Shown: positions 54,604 to 64,000 of the stretch, piece by piece | Layout: the number at the start of each line of letters is the position of its first letter | Numbering within the stretch: position 1 is the first letter of the stretch | Origin: Nymphaea colorata | Taxonomy: Eukaryota | Direction of reading: 5' to 3' | DNA length: 64,000 bases | Assembly (NCBI RefSeq): GCF_008831285.2 | Contig: NC_045138.2 | Coordinates: 38,006,001 to 38,070,000, forward strand | Program-made: the position numbers and the translations under genes | The notes under the pieces: generated by a model | What the model was told of the DNA's origin: nothing | Seen by the model: only the letters and a program-made list of their open reading frames with translations | Database searches by the model: none

Positions 54604-55859
54604 AAGGCCGGTCGGAGCACCGCCGGAGATCAATTTCTCCCGATTCCGTTCTCACGCTCGCAATACCGGAAAAGGTGAATTCATCTGCTCTTTTTTCTGT
54701 GTTCGCGTGCCCTTCCTCCCCTGAGGGGTTTCCCGTCCACTTTTCTTTTTCGAGCCGTGGTTTACTTAGTAAGATTACCAAACCGCCCTTGGTTAATTTC
54801 AGAATTCCTCACTTTTTCTTCTTGCGATGAGGTTAGTGGAGATTTTGATGCGTGTTTATCTCGTTTCCTTTCCAAGTCAAATCCTTGACTAGAGATTGGT
54901 GCCACTGATTCCCGATCGCATTGTCTATTTGTGTGGCCACGCTCAACGTTCCACCTTTATCCCATTTTTTCCGGATAAAGTGGTTCTAGGTCCGGCATTT
55001 CTAGAAATAAGTTACCGAAAAATCTCACCCCCTGTCTGGTCTGGACGGGCCGAACGAACGCGTGGTGCTAGGTCAAAAGTCGGCTCGAGTTCGACACGTG
55101 GCTCGCGTAGACGACCATAAGATGAAAGTAGAAACGTGATTTTGGTATCTGAGTTAGCTTTTTAACACTCGTTTTGATGCCAAAATCAGGTTCTCCACTC
55201 GGTTTTGGTGTCATCCAAACGGAATCTAGGCGTGGTCGATGATAGAACCGAGTCCGGAGTGAAGCTGAAGTCATTTTTGGTCATGGTTCACTCGTTTCAG
55301 TAAACTAACTCGACGACGAACTTGTTATGAGCTAAGTTAAACTTGAGCGACCTGGTTGCTCAGTTCAAATAGCCCTACGCCCGCAGCACCTACAAGTTTT
55401 TATTAATAATGAAACACATGCTTGGATTTGTTTATGTTGATCAAAAAGCATAATCGCCATCATTTCTTGAACAAATCTGAGTATAGGTACGTTCTCTCTT
55501 TGCAAGAACACCCAATTATAGCAAGCCCCGAGATTCGGAGTAGGAAAAAGATAGAAAAATTAATTGAATGAACAATGAAATATTTTGAGGGACTTCGAAA
55601 ATTAGTACCCCGAACCGTCCTTATTTCTTTCATTAGTTTTTCTTTCGTTCAATAGAATAGCACCCTCCACACAAGTTGTCTTTTTGTTGGAACTCGCTGG
55701 TTCAACTCGGCTGCCCACCGGTGAAACTTGTATGCTATTTAGAATACATAATCAAACATGCAGCGTGCAGGCTTCTTAATTTGACGCATGACCACAAAGG
55801 AATAAAAAACATTAAGCAACAAAAAGGGCTTATATAATTTCTTTTAAATGGTTTTTTAT

Positions 55860-56352
55860 ATAAAGATCATGAAACAAATTTTAAAATGATACCAAGTAAT
55901 TGAAATCCATAAAGTTGCTTTTAGTGTGATAATCATGCCGAACAAATGACTCTCTTCGGTTTTTCCTGCTCTCTAATCTCATGAGCTCTAAATCTTCACC
56001 AATTCTTTTGACTCCTCATGTATGAAGGAGAAGGGGATACCCAAGTTAGCTCTAGGCTGCAGGTCTGAAGAATGGTTGAGCTTTGACTCCTTTAGGAATG
56101 AGGGGCAATTTGGAGTGTGTCTAGACGTTTTGACGTTATTACTGGCAGAGGACTGCGGCCCTCTCTATTTTGTGTCACATGAGAAGCTTTTGTCCTATTT
56201 CGGGAGACCACCCTTTCATCGCTAACCCCTAGTAGCGAATGTCAAGCGAAGGTCCAGCGAACTAGAAAGCAGCTGCCTTTCACTTTCACGTGTCTCAGTG
56301 ACAAGGCTTCCTTTTCACCTCCCCAGAATCAGATCACGGCCATGGATGAAAC
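55860..56352 (+). repeat. Diverged dispersed repeat, direct copy at about 63402-63920
   Basis: Both copies start TAAAGATCATGAAACAAATTTTAAAATGA and end AGATCAC.GCCATGGATGAAA, with colinear similarity in between. Confidence 0.75.
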
Positions 56353-56380
56353 TTGTCATGGTATGGATCCGATTTCAACA

Positions 56381-56687
56381 ATCCAGCAGGTCCTTCAACC
56401 CTACGTTTTGTCTTGATCCTTATCGAGCGGGCCAAGAGGCATAAACTCGAAAAAGTTTTGGACCAAAAAGACAGGTTTTGTTAGGTCACGACTTCGCGAT
56501 GGTGTACAATGTTCATGTATGAACTGATAGTTAGGACGTGTAGAACATGTACAGTAGAACATGTACACCATTGCGAAGTCGTGATCTAACAAAACTTGTC
56601 TTTTTTGTCCAAAACTTTTTCGAGTTTATGCCTCTTGGCCCGCTCGATAAGGATAGACAAAACGTAGGGTTGAAGGACCTGCTGGAT
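56381..56687. repeat. Hairpin-type inverted repeat in inferred PHO2 intron 1: arms 56381-56514 / 56557-56687
   Basis: ATCCAGCAGGTCCTTCAACCCTACGTTTTGTCT pairs with AGACAAAACGTAGGGTTGAAGGACCTGCTGGAT; mirror ORFs 56401- and 56547+. Confidence 0.93.
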
Positions 56688-57027
56688 GTGACTTCTTCTG
56701 AACGTTTTATTAGCCTCTGTTTCACTTGGCATAAATGCTTATTGTTCAAAGGGATTGAATTGGTTGGTCTTGCAGGTGTTGTGGAGGTGGTGATGAGGTC
56801 AAGGCATGATACTTATCAGCCGCAGGATGGTTCGGAAGGGACCGTGATAGTTTTCCATACAACTCCGATTTACTCAGATCATCTTCTTGGAGGAAACTCT
56901 TTCAGCTCGCTGTGTGCAGTGTGTTTGTTCTCCTCCCCAAGCTTTGAGGTTGATTGATTCAAGGGAAACCCACGTTGTCCAACCTGGGTTTTTCTGTCTG
57001 AAAAACCATTTCAGGAATATTTGCTTA

Positions 57028-57048
57028 CAGGGCAAATCTCCTTTGGCA
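57028..57048 (+). promoter_or_regulatory. miR399 target site 1 in PHO2 5' UTR
   Basis: CAGGGCAAATCTCCTTTGGCA is the perfect reverse complement of miR399 UGCCAAAGGAGAUUUGCCCUG. Confidence 0.95.
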
Positions 57049-57108
57049 TCTTTGTTTTCTATTTTTCAACAGTTTCTCTGTTCCAGATAGAACCCTTCGA
57101 GGTTTTAA

Positions 57109-57129
57109 CTGGGCAATTCTCCTTTGGCA
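57109..57129 (+). promoter_or_regulatory. miR399 target site 2 in PHO2 5' UTR
   Basis: CTGGGCAATTCTCCTTTGGCA is complementary to the miR399 variant UGCCAAAGGAGAAUUGCCC(U/A)G. Confidence 0.93.
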
Positions 57130-57609
57130 TTGTTACATCCCACTGGGCGTCATCAACAATCAAAAAATTATAGTGGAGATTTCAACTTGGTCGCTGTATC
57201 ACACAGCTTGACCGGTTCGAACAACCTGAAGACAGTCCCTTGTTTGAGGAATTTAGTACTTCTGCTTTCGTTAAGATTTTCGAGGTTCTCTCTCCCTCCC
57301 TCTCTCTCTTTCGCTTGCTTGTTGCTTAAATGTTACTACGCCTCTTGGGCACCTATCTCCATCAAATGAACACCGTTTGTCAAAAATTATGAAAATTTCT
57401 CGAACTGTCTGTATCATCTGCATAAATCTCCACGTATGAAACAATCTTTTAGTTGAGTAACTGAGATGGAGCCTGATTGTAGGTTCTCGTGTGTGCGTGT
57501 ATGCATGCTTACGTGTTGCATATTTATATTTGATTAATGATATTTCCCCGGTACAGGTAGTAGGAGTATTTTGTTGGAAGTATAACAAAAAGAAAAGGGG
57601 GGAAAAAGC

Positions 57610-60600
57610 ATGTTTACCATGTTCAGCGATCTGGGAAAGGGTAACGTCACAGATAGCAGTGACAGTGAGGATTTTGATGATATCGAGTCCATGTACGAAG
57701 GACAAGCACGGAGCATATTCTCAAGTTTAGATGAAAGCATTGGAAAGATTGACGACTTCCTGGCCTTTGAGAGGAGCTTTCTGCATGGTGACATTGTTTG
57801 CTCTGTGGCGGATCCGTCAGGACAGCTGGGCAGGGTCATTGATATAGATGTTAGTGTGGACATAGAAAATGCTTATGGAAAAACAATAAAGGACATAAAT
57901 AGCAAGGACCTTCTCAGGATCAGATCTTTCTGTGTTGGTGATTATGTAGTTCATGGCAGCTGGTTAGGTGTTGTGGATCGAGTAATAGATCTCGTGACAG
58001 TTCTTTTTGAGGATGGAGCTATGTGCGTTATAGAAAAGCCTGATCCAGCAATCCTTGTGCCAGTTCCTCCAAATTTATTAGAAGATTCTGAACACGTTTA
58101 CTACCCTGGGCAACGTGTGAAAGGTAGACTTCCAAGTGTTTTTAAGAATGCAGGATGGTTGCGTGGTGAATGGAAGTCAAGCCGACGTGAATGTATGGTG
58201 AAGCACGTGGAGGTGCAATCCGTATATGTTAATTGGACTTCTGCCCTGACAGTTGGCTGTGCTGCCAGTGTGCCTCCACCTAGATGCTTGCAGCATCCAA
58301 AGGGACTTACCCTTTTGCTCCCTTTCCCACATTCAAATTGGCAGCTTGGTGATTACTGCATATTGCAATTTAGGAATAGGGAGCAGAACCATGGCACGGG
58401 GGTTCATGGTGCTCATGAGTGGCTGCTGAAGTGTGGCAATATGCTGCAGAAAGAAGGCATTGATCTTGAGCAGGCTTTCGTGATAGTGAAAAGAAAAGTT
58501 AAAGTTGATGTCTTGTGGCAGGATGGTAGAGTTTCCGCTGCTTTAGATTCACATGCACTATGTCCGGTTGATAATATAGGTGATCATGACTTATGGCCGG
58601 AAGATGTTGTGTTGGAGAAAGGATCTGATGAGGATGGACAAGATTCAGGTAGAAAGCTTGTGGGAATTGTTCAAAGTGTTGATGCAAAAGAACGGACTGC
58701 TAGGGTGAGATGGATGAATAGTGAACTAGATGCGACTGCTGCATCAATAGGGAAATTCGGTGAGGAGATTGTAAGTGTTTATGAGTTGGTTGAACACCCT
58801 GATTACTGCTACTGTCTTGGTGACATTGTTTGCAAATCTCAGAACCAGAGCCTAGAAGATCTAAAACTACTTTCCAGTGCACCTGATACTCTTTTGTGTG
58901 ATACCTTTGGTAAAGATGTATTTTGTAAAAGGCAGATTGGCGAGAACTGTAAAGACTTGTCTAAATCCTTCACATCTTGTATTGGGCATGTCAGCGGATT
59001 GAAAGATGGAGCCATTGAGGTGACCTGGGCAAATGGTGCTGTTGCAAAGGTATGAACATATTCTATCTTCTGTTTCTAGTGTAGTATGTGTGATGTTCGT
59101 CAAGTATTTAGATTTTCAGTGAACAAGTTTGATTTATCCACTCTCTAATGGATGTTCATGTTGAATCTTATCTGTATCTTCTCTGTCTTCATTTAATTGC
59201 AATTTTCCTGATTACTACTTTTTAGTATGGTTGTTCAATCTTCCTCTATAGAAGGAAAATTTTGTAATACTGAACTACCATTTGATGCAAGCTTTCAGGT
59301 TGCCCCCCATCAGATCATGGCCGTTGACAGAGATGAGGAGCAGGCATCGACGGACTTCCTTCAAAATCAGAATGTTGAAGTTAACAGTGAGGAATGCGGC
59401 CTTGAAGTTGACAATTGCAGACAAAATAAGAATGCAAAAAAGGTGAGACATAATCCTGTTCTGCTTCTCCTTTCATGTTCGTTTGTATTGAAACTGTATC
59501 AACAGGACATTCCGGTTGACTTCTAAGAACATGAATTGATTATTCAGGACAATTTGGATAAGACAATGCTGTGTTCCGGAAATAATAACTGCAGCAACTA
59601 TTCATGGGAAACTGATGCTCTTTCAATTCCTCGAGCAGCTATTGGGTTTCTGACAAATATTGCTTCTAGCATTTTTGGTTCACGAGGTTCCACTTCATTC
59701 TCAAGCAAAATAAAATCCACTTGTTCTAGTCATCTTGACAATGATTACCATCTTGAGATGAAGGATGCGGTTATGGAAGATGAGAATGGCAGTGAGGACC
59801 TGTACAAACGAAAGATTGAGGAGCATCAAATTGCAGCAGTCAAGGCTCACCAGCTGATGTCTGGTGAATCATCTTTATTGAGAGGGATGGGTGGGGAAGA
59901 GCATACGGAAGTTAAACATGAGCAACTTCCACAGTTAAGAAGCAGCGAGGAATGTAGAAAATTTATGAAATTTGACATCAGCCAAGATTATTCAGATCAT
60001 CATTTTCGGGATGAAGAGTCAAATCCATCTCAGGTAAAACCCAAATAACAATGAGCTAGATTTTTTTTTTCTTTCTGTCTATGACATGTTACAGAAAGTA
60101 GTTTCTCATGTTGGCAGAGAAGGGGTTGGCTTAAGAAGATAAGTCAGGAGTGGAGCATCTTGGAGAAAGAATTACCTGGTAAATCATATAACCTTCTCGT
60201 CGTTATCGATATTATCAGCTAAAAGTTTGTCTTCTTTTTTGGCCACTATTTCCATATTAGTGGTCCTTATTCTTCCATGAAATAGTAATTCTAGGTGCTT
60301 GTTAAGCAGTATATATGGTTGGAATGCATGGTACGGTCATATTTTACTGATCCAAAAGTTACTTCCAGGGTTTGAGTATGAGATGTACCGAGGTGAATTA
60401 GTAGTTTATCATCCATTGGTGCAGTATTTGGCCTCATCAGCCTTCCTGTTAAACTTGGTCCTTGATGCTATTCATGGTTGCATTAAATGATCATTTATTT
60501 CATATGGATGACCTTGCTTTTAATTATTTCCTATTGCCTTGGACAGATTCTATCTACGTAAGAATTTACGAAGGGAGAGCTGATATCCTGAGGGCTGCCA

Positions 60601-62036
60601 TTTCTGGAGCATCTGGGACACCTTACCATGATGGTCTTTTCTTTTTTGATATCTTCCTTCCTCCAGATTTTCCATCCCAACCTCCCGTAAGTGTTTTTTC
60701 CATGTTCTGGGATGCATAAGTCAAATCTTGATCACAATATCATAAAAACTGGTCATTATAGCATCTAGTGTGCTTTTTTTCCTTCTTGGAATCATGTGAT
60801 GATGGTTCCATTTTTATGTTACTTTTAAGCATGCTCATCTTTGTTAGTTAGATGGACTGCAATGGCGGTCATAAGAAAGTCAAGCCTTGTTATCATTACC
60901 TTGTATAAGAGTGAAAATTGATTGCATATTTGTCATGAATAAGTTCGTGGCTAATTCTGTTCTTCACAAAGTAAGCTACTGGTACATTGGAAGGATTTTT
61001 TTTTCTTTTTGCCTATTTGAGGTCAGCCTGATCTTATACTGCTCATCATGGAGAAGGAAGATTAATGTTGGTTCTTATTAATGCAGTTGGTCCACTACAT
61101 CTCTGGAGGACTTAAGTTGAACCCAAACTTATATGAGACTGGGCATGTGTGCCTGAGCCTCCTGAATACATGGACAGGCGAAGGCAGTGAAGTTTGGAAT
61201 CCAGCAAGCTCGACCATTCTTCAAGTTTTGGTGTCACTTCAAGCACTCGTACTTAATGCTAAGCCATACTTTAATGAAGCTGGATATGACAAACAAATTG
61301 GCAAAGTGGAAGGAGAGAAGAATTCTATTGCTTACAACGAGAATGCATTTCTTCTTTCATGCAAATCAATGTTGTACTTGCTACGGAAACCACCAAAGGT
61401 ATGTGCTTTCACTATGAATTTGCAGTTAAAAATGACACTATTTGAAAGACTTCAAAATTTTTGAACTGTTTAATTTGGGTATTCCTTTGTAAAACACTGC
61501 CTTAGAAAAAAATCCTTGGTTCAGTCCAGCTCAAGAGAAGCGCAAATATGTTGTTTCTGAGTTTGCAGTTCAATATTGTGCAAGGTGAATGACCCGTAGC
61601 TAGTTTACTTGAGTTGCATTAAAAGCCAAGGCCAATAAGATTATGCACTTTAAGCTCAAAGAACCAAGTCGAGGAAGTTGACTCCATATTTTGTATTCTG
61701 AAAAGTTGAACATCGATGATGGTAGAGACATTGTTTAAATATATGGGGTGATGCTTAACTGTTGTAACCAAATAAATATTTTTTCTTGTGCAGAATTTCG
61801 AAGCCCTCGTGGAAGAACACTTTAATAGGCGTGCACGGTCAATGCTGTTAGCCTGTAGAGCATATATGGGTGGTGCTCAGGTTGGCTGTGTCTCTGGGGA
61901 TGGAAAGATCCTAAGTGGTGGTGGTAGCAGTTCTGCTGGTTTTAAAATAATGCTGGCCAAGCTTTTCCCGAAGCTTGTGTCAGCATTCAGCGACAAAGGG
62001 ATAGATTGCAGCTTGTCTATTAATACTGAAAGCTGA
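57610..62036 (+). CDS. PHO2: Ubiquitin-conjugating enzyme E2 24 (PHO2/UBC24), about 941 aa; 7 coding exons
   Basis: Exons 57610-59049, 59299-59442, 59548-60033, 60118-60178, 60547-60686, 61087-61398 and 61794-62036 with GT-AG borders and consistent phases. The N-terminus IFSSLDESIGKIDDFLAFERSFLHGDIV is characteristic of UBC24. The UBC domain includes GTPYHDGLFFFD and the catalytic NPNLYETGHVCLSLLNTW. miR399 sites lie upstream. Confidence 0.95.
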
Positions 62037-63129
62037 GCACTTGAAGCAGGCATTGTTTTTTAACTAAAACTAAGGGAGTTTATTATGAGCGTGAATTGTA
62101 TGGTTTCTCTAGCTAGATGGTTTGATTGGATTCACAAAATACGAGGAAAAGAAAGCAATAAAAGTAAAAATAAAAAGAGGCAAGACTAATAGGTGGTGTG
62201 CTCTTCCCTCTTAAGTCTGTATATATGAAAACTTTGTTGCTTGTGCCTGTACAATGAAGGACATAAAAACTATTGTGTTGCTGGGTGTGAAGAGGCTGGA
62301 TCATCATCTGTGGTATTTAGCAGGTTGACTTTAGGCGAAGTTGTTTGTTCTGCACTGAGCCTTCGACTGCAATCTCCAGTAGTAAGTTGACTATAACTAA
62401 AGATTGAGTTGTTAGATGTTATCAACCACCCATCTGTTCGGATTCTTTTGTTATACCTTTCAATATTTTTTGGTTTATTTCAACCAAGGAAAGGAATAAT
62501 TTGGAAAAGCTCCTGTGTTATTCATATTTCTTAAAACCTTTACCCGAGTTAGTGCAGTTCGCAAGTAACATCTTCTGGTATGTTCTTGCAGTAACCATCT
62601 CCTGGTATGTTCTTACTTTTGCATAGTGTATGGTTGTTAATGATTGACAGTTAGATATACAAGTGACGGTCTGCAACAATCTGTGAGTGCGTTTTTGTGT
62701 GTTTGAGTTGCTCGCGTACCTTGTGTGTGGGGTGGGGGAGGGGGACGAGGTGGCACAGAAAATGTTAAAAAGATATTTGAAATTATGCGTTTACGTTTAC
62801 CTTTTATCTTCACATTATGTGCACTGCTTACTGCAAATAGTTTGGATTCGAGACGAATCTTTCCTTTCCAAACTTGTTTGATTAGATTTTAATATAATTA
62901 GATTGGGATATGGACTCAAGTTCAATCATTATTATTTATAACCAAATTTGGATCCAACTAGCATGAGATTCGAGATGTATAACTAACCGAGTAGAAATTT
63001 GTCGGATCCTTACAGGGTATTTTGCTAATAAATTGCATGTCAAGATTGAATCATACCTGACTAGATTGATCCAATAATTGGATATATTGGATTCATTTAC
63101 ATCCCTATCTTACTGGGGTTGAACCTTTG

Positions 63130-63134
<5 letters not shown>

Positions 63135-63186
<52 letters not shown>
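63135..63186. repeat. (CT)n microsatellite
   Basis: Perfect TC run read directly. Confidence 0.95.
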
Positions 63187-63188
<2 letters not shown>

Positions 63189-64000
63189 GTTGTGATGGCA
63201 TTGAGAGACTGTCTGGTTGAAGGGTTCCTCTAAATAGGATTGTTTTTAAGTAGATTGCTTTTATTTCTACTTCTCGTCAATAAGAAAGAGTACTGGTGGG
63301 ACTGATCAAAAGGAGGAGTCTTTTTTATAGGGCTGGACAAGAATGAAATTTCAGATGAAGTGGAAGTGACATAGAGTGAAAACTTTATAAATTAGGAACT
63401 CATAAAGATCATGAAACAAATTTTAAAATGACGACAAATAATTGAAATTCTTAAAGTTGCTTTCAGTGTGTATTTGTACTTTGTCTGTTCATGCCAATTA
63501 AATGATTCAAATTTGTTTCTTTGGGCTCTCTAATTTCATGAGCTTTGACTTTCTGCTCTTTTTTCAACTCCTTATATATGAAAAAAGAGGAGGGGAAGCT
63601 CTTAGTTAGTTCTTGTTATATGTATGAAGAGTTGTTGAGCCAGTTCCTTGTAGAATGAGGAGGAAGGACAGTGTCTAGGTGCTTGATGAGGCTATTATGA
63701 GAAAAGCTCTTCGGCCCTCTATGTTGTGCCACCTAGAGAAGCCTTTTGTACATAATTTTGAGAGACCACCCCTTAATGTCATCACTAACCTTAGTAGCTA
63801 CCTTTCAGTTTTATGTGTCTCAATCTCAGAGCTTCTCTTTCAAGACATCCGATAAAGTTGGAACGATACCGCCATAGGGCTTCATTTTTGCCTTGCTAGA
63901 TCACCGCCATGGATGAAAACCTAAGCCTGGGCACTGCGTACCCAACGGGTACTTGGTACTCTGCCCGATAAGTTGTCATGCAGCCCGATGGGTTTGATCA

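Larger units (their letters stand above)
54500..57609 (+). other. PHO2: Inferred spliced 5' UTR of PHO2: exon 1 ending 54674, intron 54675-56775, exon 56776-57284, intron 57285-57556
   Basis: Splice signals AAAG|GTGAAT (54674), TTGCAG|G (56775), CGAG|GTTCTC (57284) and GTACAG|G (57556). The miR399 sites fall in the middle exon, as in Arabidopsis PHO2. The transcription start is approximate and there is no transcript evidence. Confidence 0.55.

Noticed and set aside
57345..57366. Possible third miR399 site or IPS1-like mimic (TTGGGCACCTATCTCCATCAAA)
   Set aside because: It lacks the TTTGGCA seed-pairing end and falls in the inferred intron.
1..64000. CRISPR arrays, tRNA/rRNA genes, prokaryotic operons
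   Set aside because: No regularly spaced repeat-spacer array or recognisable structural RNA was seen; the window is eukaryotic intron-containing DNA.

Overview
Flowering-plant nuclear DNA (AT-rich, GT-AG introns, microsatellites, MITE remnants); the species cannot be determined from the sequence alone. Four intact spliced genes can be reconstructed by hand: a GH5 endo-beta-mannanase (+, 4035-7664), a type-3 metallothionein missed by the ORF track (-, 9463-10453), a mitochondrial-type ribosomal protein L21 (+, 15412-19401) and PHO2/UBC24 (+, CDS 57610-62036) with two intact miR399 sites in its inferred 5' UTR. Between RPL21 and PHO2 (about 20.9-56.7 kb) there is no intact gene, but there is a rearranged mosaic. 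It contains three copies of a block with a decayed LRR/NLR-like remnant, displaced copies of the PHO2 promoter, first UTR exon and intron 1, seven inverted repeats with arms of about 60-480 bp (two made of PHO2 upstream sequence), templated filler at a junction, and a hAT-like bracketed segment carrying exon fragments of unrelated genes (ENOD93-like, SF1-type KH). The main hypothesis, which is inference only, is a hairpin/siRNA layer acting on the PHO2 promoter in addition to miR399.
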